A DNA stretch of 63,663 bases, filler included, from Octopus bimaculoides (GCF_001194135.2; 6 parts of 4 records of this genome joined end to end with filler, not necessarily neighbours in it); one strand, 5' to 3'; counted from the first letter of the whole stretch, positions 49,716-63,224 are shown. Notes: generated from the letters alone by a model not told the origin. Numbers and translations: made by a program.

Positions 49716-50008
49716 TAAGCTAAATCAATAATAAAATAATATTTGTATTTAAATATTCTCTATTCTTGATATGATCACACAAGTCAGTTAATATGTGTAT
49801 TAATACAAGTTTTGAATATTATAAGAAGCCATATGGATTAACGTCATAGTAGGATTAGAACATTCGAGTGTTTACTGCTTTCTTTGTACCTGTTTGCCTA
49901 CACGTACGTATGTAAATATACTCACATGTATGTATATATATTCACACGCGCACTCTCACGCTCACAGACATACAGTCATCCATAGATTTATGTATGCTTA
50001 CATACACG

Positions 50009-50093
<85 letters not shown>

Positions 50094-51532
50094 NNNNNNN
50101 NNNNNNNNNNNNGTGCGTGTGTGTGCGTGTGTGTGTGTGTGTGTGCGTGTGTGTGCATAACTATATGTGTATGGTAGGGAGTGTTGTGTCCGACTATTAC
50201 TCTATGAATTACATTTCCACGCAGATTCTCATTAGTCAGCTTCCAGCGCAGTAGTTAGTATACAGCTGTACTTAGTTGTGTAACAATCGTCATAAAGTAC
50301 ACAGGAAATGTGGGAGGCTTATGTACATATGAATGCCTCTATGAGAAAGACGAGAATGAGATAACATTACTTGGGAATAAACAATGTTATATTCGTGTTA
50401 GTAAGAATGTTATGCTTCGGGGCAGTATCAAAAACTTTCAGGACCAGATCTGAAGTGCGCCAATAGATGGCAGCACACACTCCGTTAATTTGTAGGATTT
50501 ATAAAAAACTACTTATCGAGCTATCTTGCACTAACTTTGAGAAGCACGCAATACAAGTTAAGACATTCTTTTCAAAACGAAGAGATGGCAGATACCACTT
50601 ATGTTAATATCAAGCTCAATCGACAATCACTTCGACAACAAAGCGTGTGGTTATGGTGTAGATCTTGCGCACATTAGACTTCTGAATGAGAGCATCACTG
50701 GAACTTTCTTACAAACGCAACAGTTAATAACATAAGCCTAAGGCTGGTAGCATTACTTTATTTCAAATAATAACGAAATTAAGGCGGATGTAATTGGTTA
50801 AATATCAATTGGCTGATCATTGAACGTGTAGAACAGGATCATTTTTAGAATAACTGGCGCTCGTTATGTATTGCAGATATTAGGTTATCATGTACAGTAA
50901 AAGCAACATTCTTAACACATTTCACGAACTTATGAGATCTAAACATCAAATACGCAACAAATTCTTCCGCTACAAATCTTCCTCCCTATTTAACTTTACT
51001 TGTTAATGATTTCTCAGTTGTTGTAAATGGCAAAGTCTTCAATAATTTCAGGTTTCCTCGCTAAAGTTGGCGATATAGAATAGAAAGCACAGAATTCGAA
51101 ATAAAATGTGATATGAAAGAATATCATACACTTAAGTTAGGGAGTATTCCAAGAATGAAAAGTTTGAAGAAACATATCAACTGCTCTTACCAAAAATTGG
51201 GCAATACGTACTAGTTGAGTTCTGGAGCTCAATGCAATCAACTATCCCACCCCATAGGTCTTATTCGTATAGCGGAAAGGATTTATAGAACATGTCAGTA
51301 TTCGTAGCTGAATTTAGTTACAGGCATTTCTGTTCTGAATTCTGATCCTACTATTGATTAAGTCGTTTTTCATCGTTTCACGGTCTATAAAATAAGGTGT
51401 CACTCAGTTATAGTTATTAGTGGAAACAAGGAACTGCATCTACATATTGTGTTAAGGGTTTTGTGCTCATTTAGTGATATTTATTGTTGTTACTGTTGCT
51501 GGTTTCCATACCATATTCCTGGCGAAAAAATA

Positions 51533-52000
51533 TACAGGTCTGGGCAAACGTAGGTATACAGTTGATAAATGTGAGGGTAATATTGTCTTTTAGGATAATA
51601 ATTTTGTGATTCTATTTATAATAAAATACTTATTCCTTATTTCAGGCCTTTATTACATGGCTGGCAATTTAACCACTGATGAATGAAAGTGGATCATCGA
51701 GCAACCTACTGTATAAGAGAGATTGCAGAATTGTTTAGAGAGAAATGGACTGAGAATTTCAAAAATCATTTTCGTCAAGATTAATAATTTTAGAAAATAT
51801 GAGATAAATCGTAACAGAGTGAGTTCATCAACAGTGCACGGACAAGTGTTCGTCGGCTCATATTTACCACTGAAGAAAATGAAATGCTTGTGGTTCAAGA
51901 ATACATTCAAAATCCCAGGTAATCAAAACACAAAGGGCTTCCTATAAACTAGGTATCTCCTGCAGATCACTTAGACGACTTATAAATCGCATATATTATA
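51533..52000 (+). mobile_element. Tc1/mariner (rosa-like) transposon 5' end with HTH-coding relic
   Basis: TA-CAGGTCTGGGCAAACGTAGGTATACAG terminal sequence. MAGNLTTDE*KWII (ATG 51657) .. TTEENEMLVVQEYIQNPR..RASYKLGISCRSLRRL. Confidence 0.65.
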
Positions 52001-52514
52001 AAGAAAGAACATTCCGCTTACATTAGCCAACTCTGTATCTACTATTGTCCCTCCTGTATAGACGAGTATGTTTGTCACAATATTTTCATAAGACTTTGTA
52101 AGGTGGTATTAATCCCCATACAAGGTTCAGAAATATAGGCCTATTTATGAAACTGATTTACGATTTTCTCAGCCGGATTACATACTATGTAATATAGAGA
52201 TTTTTCGATCGGTATAGCCTTGCAGACAATATTAGTTCGTATGATTATGTTGAACAATTGATATGATTTATGTTTAATTGCTTAAACATATAAACTTTGG
52301 AACTGATATTACTACTTTCCTACTATTTAGTATTTAGAAATATATGCCAGTTGCAGCGGTCAGATATTTTATTTTCTTCGCTTAATAAACAGTATGCTGC
52401 TATTATTTAAATATGTGACAATGGGTGATATATCTGTACTAACATTCACCTCTACGCAGGGAACTTGTGTTTCAATTCATAGCTGCAGTGATTAGTCATA
52501 AGGTATTAGAAATG

Positions 52515-52630
52515 AAGCACACCTCTCCATGATTACTTGCATAACGGATCGAAATTTGCGAAAATTTCTTTGCAAAAAAGTGGACCACATCGGATTGTTG
52601 TCTCTCACTTTTCATTATCGACTTCGCGCT
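52515..52630 (-). mobile_element. Possible mariner transposase N-terminal relic
   Basis: MKSERQQSDVVHFFAKKFSQISIRY..HGEVCF resembles the mariner EQRxVIxF..YGExC start. Confidence 0.35.
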
Positions 52631-52664
52631 TAGTTTGGCTTCTGATAGTTTGTACCTGAACAAA

Positions 52665-52752
52665 GAATAATTAGAATAGAAACCTAGGGAATAATTAGAA
52701 TAGAAACCTAGGGAATAATTAGAATAGAAACCTAGGGAATAATTAGAATAGA
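52665..52752. repeat. 24-bp minisatellite, 3.7 copies
   Basis: GAATAATTAGAATAGAAACCTAGG x3 plus a partial copy, all perfect. Confidence 0.95.
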
Positions 52753-54205
52753 ATAATAAAATGTAGTTAGAATAGAAACATACTCGATGTGAAATGGTGT
52801 TATTCAGGGTGTAAATCATTTGTGTCATGGACTGTTATATATTTACTGCTGCCGTGTTGTAATGTTTGTATCTAAAAGAGATCTAACTATTATTTTAATT
52901 CAAATGAATGTAGCATTTATGGATATATCTTAGAAATTTGTTCACTTGTATATTCAGAAGCATTCATATATCCTTCAAACATAAGCAATTAGGTTATTTA
53001 TCATAATTCATACATTAAATGCAATATATCCTGATATCGAAATTGCGGCGTACTTTTCGTAACACACATTGAATAAAAAATAGCATATTCAAAATAAATG
53101 TACTTGAAATATAGCATAATTACAGATCTACAATTTTCATTGTATGTAAAACAGTGTTAGAACATCTACAGTACAAGAAATGAAAACAATAACTTATGAG
53201 AGAATGAAGCTATAGGCAAATTCATAAGTTTTTGTTGTGAGAACTATCTTACATTTTCTTAAATGTTACCCCTATATGAAAAGAAATAAACCAAATGTGT
53301 ACTTTATGATTGTTTAAACTCTATAAATTTCTCTCCAATTTGACATTAATAAAAATAGATGAGATGGAGTGAAGAAAAGCTGTAAATGTTTTAATTGCTT
53401 TCTCACACATCAATTCAATTTTATAGATGAATGTCTGAAAATGAATGTAGGTAGAACAGCACTTCTGAAATTGCGTCTGCCACCAAAGACAGAGCAAAAT
53501 AAAAGAAATTAGCGAAATTTATCCTGAACGGTGATTTTTATGTCACATTATAAAACAGAGATGGCTATAGGTAATAATACAATTCAACAAACAAAGAAAA
53601 ACTGAAGGAAAAAATAAAAGAATTGTTGAGTGCGATATTTAATAATGAAAAAAAAAAGAAAGAATAATTTCAACCCTCTGGACCATAGAGATCTTAAGTG
53701 CTTTCAATTAATTTGCAGCACCGAATCTTATTTCTTCAATACACGAATCAGCAGTTTTGTTTCTAAGTTAAGATATCAACACATTTCGGGACAACTCTGT
53801 GCATTTCTCATAAAATACATTCAATTGAAACTGTAAAGGGCAACAAAATAAAATTCTAATTTCATCCTTCACTACACAATGAATGCAATTTAATTAGCGC
53901 CTCACGTGAAGCATAATAGTAGCAAGGTAGAAGACTTTTTGAACGCGGTGTTCTTCATTTTCAATTAAACAGATGATCGGAAACTTTTCAAGAGAATTAA
54001 ACTTTAACGAGTAAGGAATTGTATGTATAGGTCATAGGGATTTCGTTTTCACGATAACTAAAATCAAATTTTATCAAATATAGATAAACCTTGAATGCAA
54101 CAGAACAGTCTACATATGTATTCCTAACAACAATACACACATCCAAAGTTACACACCTAGATGCACACACACGCCACGCACATACACATCTACATACGCA
54201 AACAT

Positions 54206-54576
54206 TTCTTTCTTTTATTCTTTCATTTGTTTTAGTCATTTGACTGCAGCCATGTTGGAACACCACCTTTAGTCGTGCAAATCGACCCTAGGGTTATTTC
54301 TATCGGTCCCTTTTACTCAAGCGTTAGGTTACGGCGACGTCAACACACCAGCATCAAATGTCAAACAGAGACACAGGAACATATACACACCCATACGCAT
54401 ATGTATATATACAACGGGCGTCTTTCAGTTTCCTTCTACCAAATCCACTCACAAGGCTTTGGTCGGCCCGAGGCTATAGTAGAAGACACTTTCCCAAGGT
54501 GAAACGCAGTGGGACTGAACTCGGGACCTTGTGGTTGGTAAGCAAGCTACTTACCACGCAGCAGCTCCTGCGTCTA
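54206..54576 (-). mobile_element. Full-length SINE with an internal short microsatellite
   Basis: Same layout as 38911-39300, with more CpGs retained. Confidence 0.8.
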
Positions 54577-55940
54577 TGACACACGCACACACACACACAC
54601 ACACTCACACACACACACACACATACACACACACACACATATATAAATATATATAATATGAATGCATATATAATGACACAAGGAAAAGATGATGAAAGTT
54701 TTGTAGTGATCCGGAAATTTTTATGGATTCTTGAATAATTTTTCATTTCTTATATTTACTTTACATGAAGTATTACAATGTTAAGTTCTTTGATTATCGG
54801 CCTTGAAAACACGTTCATCGTTTGTACGTAATCTATGGTTGCGTTGCTGTTTCCAAAGTTTATTTTCGCTTCTCTATTAGTAATTTTACTCGTGTATCTA
54901 TCTTAAAATGAGCTGCATGGCGTACGTCTGAGCTCTCCGAGTGCTTTTCTAGTTACCATTATTGTTGGTGTTTGTTACTTTAAAGAGTTTCCTAATCATG
55001 TAATATCTGGTCTGTACGAATGGTTTTACAATGGCTGGCATCGTTAACTACATGTTTGTAAAATTATTCACTTACAGCTTTCAGCTCTGGCATATGTATT
55101 GCAGTGACTTTTGTCCTGTAGTATCAGCAATGGCTATTTCAACTGTTTGTTATTGTTTTAGCATCCATATTCATGGCTTTATGTTTCTGTTATTGATAAG
55201 TATTGCATTATCACGCTTGCTACACGATTCTTGAATATAAAGTGATTCATCTCTGATAAAATCTCCTCCGATCATGTATTACAAACTCATGAAAATTAAA
55301 GAGCTGTTCACATGCATACGCTAGACTAATACAAGTCCGAAATATTCCGAAGGTGTCTCCTATGAATTATACTAATTTAAATACACACATTGTTCATGAG
55401 CACAGCCAAGACGTTCTTCCATTTTCCGAGCATATATTTATCTCTCAAAATATTTATCAGGCAATGGTATGTCTTTTCTAATTCAGAAATATTCACGCAA
55501 CTACATTAGAAAAACCACTCAAAAGGAAAAGCAATGCGATCCACACACCGAATTGAAAATATGCTCTTAACATACATATTATCATATTTATATTCTGCAG
55601 ATAAATTTACACTTACATAGAGAGTTGTCTAGATACTTAGATACATGGATAAGTTTCAACAGAATTAGCCAGAGGCATGAGTAATTAAATAGCACCAGCT
55701 GCAATAAACATTTACTGATGCTTTTTTTTATCACAATAATTCTTAATAAGGAATATAACTTTGAAATAGAGAGTTATTGCTTGCAGAGAGCTATCAGGGT
55801 ATATGTGGTTCATCTGGAATTTGTTTGGGGAGTTCATCTAGGAATCATTTTAAGGTTATGACATCGTTTTATTTCTCTTATGCATCTTGGTATAATGTTA
55901 AAGAGAGCATCTCCCATTGAAGTAAAATAGAGTAAATATT

Positions 55941-56169
55941 TTTGCCAACATAACATGGCAGTCCTGTTTTAGGACGAATGTTACTGTAATTTAGTTCGAG
56001 GAGACATTGTCTCCCACTGGCTATACGACACGATCTGTGTCTTTATATCCCTTGTTTGAAAATATAAGGACACAAATCGTTTCGTTTACCCAGCTTGAAA
56101 CGATGTCTCCTGGGGCTAAATTACAGCAACATTCGTCCTAAACAAGGACTGCCATGTTATGTTGGCAAA
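55941..56169. repeat. Foldback (palindromic) element
   Basis: Arms of about 105-110 bp are reverse complements, the outer 25 bp perfect (TTTGCCAACATAACATGGCAGTCCT), with a loop of about 10-15 nt. Confidence 0.9.
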
Positions 56170-57519
56170 CATCTTTACTCTGAAGTAAAATAGTTTTGTC
56201 ATAGTGTTGTGATGTAACAGGAGCATAATTTTTGTAGAGGTTCCATGGAATGCGAGAAAGACTGTCATATTTGTTTTGTGTGATTGGTATCTGAGAAGTT
56301 TCAATATTTATAATAATTTGTTTCGTGTATGGAGATTACAGGAGGCCACAGCATTTAATGTGAGGTGAGTTTAGAGAAGAGCGGGCTAATTGTAGAAACA
56401 ATTACAAGAACATTTCCTGGATATGCTGTCGATTTTTAAAAAAATGATCTTCCACTAGTTTCAGAAAGTAGGACATTTTATCAAAATCGCATTGTATTAG
56501 ATTGTAAGAGGTTGGGTATTTCAAAGTTATTTGACATATACAATGATCGTTAATCGCACTTAACTTGTTAATGTGATAAACTTAACCTCTGATTAACAAC
56601 GGCAGTTTTTCTGAGTAGCATGTATATAGCTTCTGTCTATTTAATCTAACTTATAATATATGAGACGATCCCTGTCTTTAGTAGAAAAGAGAACCTGAAA
56701 ATTCCAGATATACCGTACATATTAAATTGAATACAATATTTTTGTATCATGAAGTAAATATATTAAACATTTAAAACTGCGTTCTCACGTTTGAGTTTAT
56801 GGCTAAATACATACCTATATACATTAATCTTCGAACATAGACCATTTCTTCAAGCACATATTGAATAATATTTTTAAGTTAGAGAACTCACGTTATCATA
56901 GGCATTGTTCTAATTAATCTCACGCCGTCATAGATATATTTTCAAATTACTGTTACAGATATTAAATCAATGCTATTGCGAGTTGTGGAATAATTGATAG
57001 TTCTTTCCATCAGAATGTGCAATTGCTTTGTATAACATCACGTAAACTACGTAAATTTCGCTATGGAGTCACAATGGAAAAATATAATAATCTTTTATTC
57101 GAGACGGCTACGCATACAAAGGCATTAACAAATATAGTAAAGAGAATATTAGACATTAGTAATTATGGATATCATTCAGAAATATAACAAAGGTAATGAA
57201 AACATCGAGTGCAATCCACAAAATATTAATTGATCAAAGCCACTGTTATATTGAATATCATTGTTTGAAAAACAAACAAAATTCACGTAACAAAATACCA
57301 TTTATTACATAACAATTGTAAATCTTGATTCCGTCATATCTCTGCACATAATGACATATACGTTTCTTATAATGGTGAGCAATTATTATATTTCCCATTT
57401 ACCAAGATTTGGAGAATGGTTTAGGGGCCTAATTGACAATATCCTTTATGCGTAGGATTGCACTCTCAAACGAAATTGCATTATGTATTACGTATATATG
57501 AATATATATATATACGCAT

Positions 57520-57560
<41 letters not shown>

Positions 57561-57660
57561 NNNNNNNNNNNNNNNNNNNNNNNNNNNNNNNNNNNNNNNN
57601 NNNNTTAATTAATTAANNNNNNNNNNNNNNNNNNNNNNNNNNNNNNNNNNNNNNNNNNNN
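57561..57660. other. Artificial scaffold linker
   Basis: 44 N + TTAATTAATTAA + 44 N. Confidence 0.95.
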
Positions 57661-57797
57661 GTAAAGCCGTGTACTGTCTGTAGTAGTGTTTCTAGCTCTT
57701 TGTCGTTTTTTGCATATAATTTTAGGTCATCCATATATAGAAGGTGGCTGACTGTTTTTCCATAACATTTGTAACCACATCCAGTTCTATTTAGCAA

Positions 57798-57799
<2 letters not shown>
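57661..57799 (-). mobile_element. R4/Dong-type RT fragment starting in a (TAA)n tract, cut by the linker
   Basis: LLNRTGCGYKCYGKTVSHLLYMDDLKLYAKNDKELETLLQTVHGF (YMDD catalytic motif). Confidence 0.9.
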
Positions 57800-57852
<53 letters not shown>

Positions 57853-57854
<2 letters not shown>

Positions 57855-58069
57855 GGCAGTGAGCTGGCAGAATCATTAGCAAGTTGGACGAAATGCTTAG
57901 CAGTATTTCGCTTGCTACTACATTCTGAGTTCAAATTCTGCTGAGGTCAACTTTGCCTTTCATCCTTTCCGGGTTGATAAATTAAATACCAGTGAAACAC
58001 TGGGGTCGTTGTAATCAATTAGTCCCCTCCCCTAAAATTTCAGGCTTTGTGCCTTTAGTAGAAAAGATT
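57853..58069 (+). mobile_element. (TTA)n-flanked SINE
   Basis: Same family as 32668-32873. Confidence 0.85.
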
Positions 58070-58198
58070 TTTATTATTATTATCATTAACAAACAAAATC
58101 CATACATGGATTGAAATTGCATTCACTCATTCATCATGTTAAGTCCCCTCCTTCAAACACTCATACATTGAAACTGATGGGAGTAACCATCATCATCA

Positions 58199-58239
<41 letters not shown>

Positions 58240-58594
58240 GTCATTATCATCATTATTATGAGGGTTCCACCAGTGTGCTTTGGTTGTCTAATTGACACTT
58301 AATGTGACTGTAACCTAAGCAAGAGATCAATTTAGCAGCATTTCATCTGGATTTACATTCTGAGTTCAGAAAAAAAAAACAAAAAAAAAACTCTCATGCT
58401 TCCTGATATTCGCCAACACTGCACCTGATATCCCCCACTCCATACGCATGCACACATGTATATTATGACTCATACACTGTTCCCTTTCCTCACTTTTGTA
58501 CTTAAGTCTATGTACTATACATACACCTTTGGTGAATTATAGTGCACCTGAGCACTATACACAACAATTTTATTATCATCATTATTATTATTAC

Positions 58595-58627
<33 letters not shown>

Positions 58628-58639
58628 GATTATTATGAT

Positions 58640-59130
58640 ATGTTTGAAATTTGCTTTGTACTTGTGCAAGTTGTCTCCAAGTCTCACCCAGAGACCTCAA
58701 GAGACAAGTTAGAAGTTCAAGTTGGTGTCATGCCTAGAGTGCCATATATTTGATTTTGTACAAAGTATTGTTCTAGAGAAGGCTTAAGAAAACAAGAAAA
58801 TTATGAGTTTGTTTTAAAATTTGAGATTACATAGTATTTTATGGAAGATATGGACAGTTTCCATGGGCACTATCTTTTGAATTTCTGCCATCTTAGGGTT
58901 TCCTGGTATTTGAGCTAGGTAGAAATCGGCCCCTTTTGCTATCATTCCTAGGGCACCTATGGCAACAGGTATTGTTTTAGTCCTGAGGTTCCACATTTTG
59001 CCAATTTCTATTTCAAGATTCTTATACTTGCTCAGTTTTCTTGGCATGTCTTGACAGATACCTTTATGTCGATTGGGACAATCATATCAATGAGGAGGCA
59101 TGATTTTTGTCTGAAGTCTGTCTTTTATTA
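58640..59130 (-). mobile_element. R4/Dong-type LINE 3' end in a microsatellite tract
   Basis: IIKD..LIDMIVPID..KLSKYKNLEIEIGKMWNLRTKTIPVAIGALGMIAKG..AEIQKIV, then a 3' UTR and (TAA)n. Confidence 0.9.
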
Positions 59131-59150
59131 TCATTATTATCATCACCATT

Positions 59151-59215
<65 letters not shown>

Positions 59216-59458
59216 TATTATTATCCTGTTGAGGTTAACTTCGTCTTTCATCCTTTCGGGGTTTAATAAAATAATTACCAGTCAAGTGCTGAGGTTGAAG
59301 CAATTGGTTTTCCTTTCCATTTCAAAACTGGTGGCGCTGAACCAAAATTTGAAACCATTCCATTTCCTGCAAGAGACTATCAACTCCACTACTTATCTCC
59401 AAGCTTGGTACTTATTTTGCCCAACTATTATGATGATACAGACTGTAGACATAGGCAG

Positions 59459-59498
<40 letters not shown>

Positions 59499-59738
59499 AC
59501 AAATAAACACACACATATGCACACATACACACACATACAAACACACATATGCACACAGGCAAACACACACACATACACACACAAGCGCATACACACACAT
59601 GCACACACACAAAAAATAAACCCACACATACACACTCATACATGCACACATATACACATACCCCCGCACACACAAATACACACACACACACATACATGTG
59701 CTCACACACACGTGTTCACACACAGACAAACACATCAT

Positions 59739-59909
59739 TGGCTTCCATACAGATTTAGTCAACAAGATTTCTCTCCTGTGGCATTGGTCAACCTAAGGTT
59801 ATAGAAGAAAAACCACTTGCCTAAAGCAAGTGCCCCATACTGAGATTGAACCTGAAACCATTTGCCAGAGAAGTAAACTTCTTACCCACACAGCTACACC
59901 TGCGACCTA
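59739..59909 (-). mobile_element. SINE 5' half, diverged
   Basis: Same family as 41290-41453. Confidence 0.65.
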
Positions 59910-59959
59910 TAATGGAAACCTCAAGATAAACCAATGAGTGACATTTTTATTCTGGTTTA

Positions 59960-60218
59960 TCATTTAAATATTGACTACTACCACTACTACTACTACTACT
60001 ACTGCTGCTGTGGTTGTGTTGGTTGTGGTAGTGTTGGAAGTGGTGGCTACCACCATTATGATCACTACTACCACCACTGCAAATACTACTATCTTATTAT
60101 CTCTCCTACCACTACCACCATCGCCATCACCATCAGCAATGAATGTGTAAATTTTATTAATATTTCAACTTCTAGGAAATAATTAGATTTGAGAGAAGCT
60201 GCAATGATAATAATAATG

Positions 60219-60253
<35 letters not shown>

Positions 60254-60830
60254 TGTGATGGCCATGATGATGATGATGATGATAATGTAATAATAACAGT
60301 AATAGAAAATAGAAACAACAACTAATGATGATAATGATGATGGTGATGAGGATGATGACGACGACAATGATGACGACGATGATGATGATGACGATGATGA
60401 TGACGATGATAACGATGATGGTGATGATTGTGGTGGCTGTGGTGATGGCGATGATGATGATGATAACGACCAGGATAAGAAGAAAATGATAATGATGACA
60501 ACGATGATTATTACAATGATGACGACAATGATGACAAGGAGGAGGAAGCAGCGATAATGATGTCGTGATGGTGCTTGTGATTTCGATGTCTGTATTAGTA
60601 GTATTGAAAATTGACATGATGATGATGATGATGATGATGAGGATGATGACAATGATGATGATCATCATCATGATCATGTTGGTGTTGATGATGATGATGA
60701 TGGTAATAATAATGATAATGAATTTTATGATAAAGTTGATGATAATGATGATATGGACAATAAGGATGTTGATGGTACTGATGATAGTAGCAGCAAATGT
60801 TAGTGTTGTTGCTGTAGTAGATGTTGTTGC

Positions 60831-60864
<34 letters not shown>

Positions 60865-60905
60865 GCTGATGCTGTTTAGGGCGGTGGTGGTGGTAGTGGT
60901 CATAA
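59960..60905. repeat. Approx. 950-bp compound trinucleotide repeat field (CTA/ACC/TAA/GAT/GAC/GTT)
   Basis: Direct inspection. It explains the poly-amino-acid ORFs in the track. Confidence 0.9.
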
Positions 60906-61178
60906 TATAATTTTAGTTTTAATATGACATCAAAATCCGATTTGAATATTTTCTTGTGAAAATAAATAAACAAACAAATAAATAAACATTTCAACAAAAA
61001 CAAAACACTAGAAAAATATATATGTAAAAAAAAAAATGCATGTAATTAAAATATGAAAGAAAATTACCTCAAACTGCACTAAATTGACTTAAATTTCAGC
61101 AAGCTTCAAGATTTTCTGATCACAGCGATCTTTATCTATCTATCTGTCTGTCTGTCTGTCTACCTATGTATCTGTCTG

Positions 61179-61223
<45 letters not shown>

Positions 61224-61393
61224 TTATCTGTCTGTCTATCTATCTATCTATTTATCTACCTACCTACATACCTACCTCTCTCTTTCTATATCTAACTATC
61301 TTTTCTCCCTCTCTCTCTCTCTATATATATAGAGTGAGAGAGAGGGAGAAAAAGATAGATAGATAGGTTGGTAGGGAGGTATATATATGTTTG

Positions 61394-61484
<91 letters not shown>

Positions 61485-61912
61485 AAATATATAAATGTAT
61501 ATAAACGAATCTGTATCTATATATATTGTATATATATATGTATGTATGTAAGTATGTATATATCTGTATGTATGCATGTATGTATGTACGTACGTGCACA
61601 CACATATTAATATTTGTGTGAATATTTATTTACCTTCTTTTTACTTCAGCTATTGATGGTAATGTTTGTTGACATTACCTGTCAACCAAATTTGTCCTCT
61701 AGCTCAGTGCTTTTGAAGAAATATGAAATAAAAATATCACTTACCTGAAAAACAGGTAAGGTTTAATGATAGGAAAAGGGGATCTGGCTGAAATATGTCT
61801 GAATATGTATGCATTTAACCTATCTTAGCATAGAAAACAAATGAATAAACCCATATATATATATATATATATATACACATACTTTTATTAAAGCTGCAAA
61901 ATTATCACAAAC

Positions 61913-61952
61913 ACTGTTACTCAGAGTTTCACGTTCCTGTTCATCAGGCAGT
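61913..61952 (-). ncRNA. Minimal type I hammerhead ribozyme
   Basis: Minus strand ACTGC-CTGATGA-ACA(ggaa)CGT-GAAA-CTC(t)GAGT-A-ACAGT. Canonical core, 4-bp stem III with a 1-nt loop, GUA cleavage triplet, one mismatch each in stems I and II. Confidence 0.55.
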
Positions 61953-62008
61953 TGTGATGAAAACTGAATTAGAATTGTGATGGTACATGTAATATAGTGC
62001 ATATATAT

Positions 62009-62094
<86 letters not shown>

Positions 62095-62098
<4 letters not shown>

Positions 62099-62185
62099 TC
62101 TCTGAGTGGTTGGCGTTAGGAAGGGCATCCAGCTGTAGAAACTCTGCCAAATTTAGATTGGAGCCTGGTGTTGCCATCCGGTTTC
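62095..62185 (+). mobile_element. RTE-type 3' tail fragment
   Basis: GAGTGGTTGGCGTTAGGAAGGGCATCCAGCTGTAGAAACTCTGCC, as at 24498-24542. Confidence 0.75.
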
Positions 62186-62285
62186 NNNNNNNNNNNNNNN
62201 NNNNNNNNNNNNNNNNNNNNNNNNNNNNNTTAATTAATTAANNNNNNNNNNNNNNNNNNNNNNNNNNNNNNNNNNNNNNNNNNNN
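62186..62285. other. Artificial scaffold linker
   Basis: 44 N + TTAATTAATTAA + 44 N. Confidence 0.95.
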
Positions 62286-62610
62286 ATCAATGTGTGTATG
62301 CACATATATTTATATGCATGCATATTCGTGCGATGGATAATGTGGGGCGAATGAGAGAGGAGTGCTCAATATATGTTGAGGGTTTGCCTCGTGTCTTGAA
62401 TTTCACGCTGCCTGAAAACTGTAGTTGCGAAACCAAATCTCAGTTTCATCTTTATATATAAATACATACATAGTATTCATGCAAACATACAGTCATACAT
62501 ACATACACACAAACATGAGAGAACGAAGAAAGCATACGTACACATTCATATATATTTATATACATACACACATGCACACTCACACACATATATTATGTAT
62601 ATATAACATA

Positions 62611-62645
<35 letters not shown>

Positions 62646-62671
62646 ATATATATATATATGACATATATATG

Positions 62672-62707
<36 letters not shown>

Positions 62708-62743
62708 NNNNNNNNNNNNNNNNNNNNNNNNNNNNNNNNNTGT

Positions 62744-62789
<46 letters not shown>

Positions 62790-62811
62790 ATTATATATAT
62801 ATGTGTGTGTG

Positions 62812-62857
<46 letters not shown>

Positions 62858-62947
62858 TATGTATGTATGTATGTCTCTGTCCGAGTGTGTGTGAGTGAGC
62901 TCACGCGCACGTATGTATGCGAGCTTGAGTGCGTGTTTGTGTGAGCG

Positions 62948-62987
<40 letters not shown>

Positions 62988-63170
62988 TGTACGGATTCTT
63001 TTTGTCGTCATAACATAGCAGTTTGGCCAAAAGCGCCCTCTTGAATATGTCCAAGCTATTATAAAACACAAAATGCATTAGTGTGGATTTTATCGTTTAA
63101 ACACTTGAAGGAAACGCTCCAACAAAAGCGAGCAAATGAATAAAATTGTAATGAATATATATCTCCGTAC

Positions 63171-63224
<54 letters not shown>

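Noticed and set aside
52665-52752. CRISPR-like periodicity
   Set aside because: The units are contiguous with no spacers, there are no cas genes, and the context is eukaryotic.
55070-55195. Minus-strand exon-like segment with a GTAAGT donor
   Set aside because: The longer acceptor choices have stops in all frames, and the short open version has no recognisable content.
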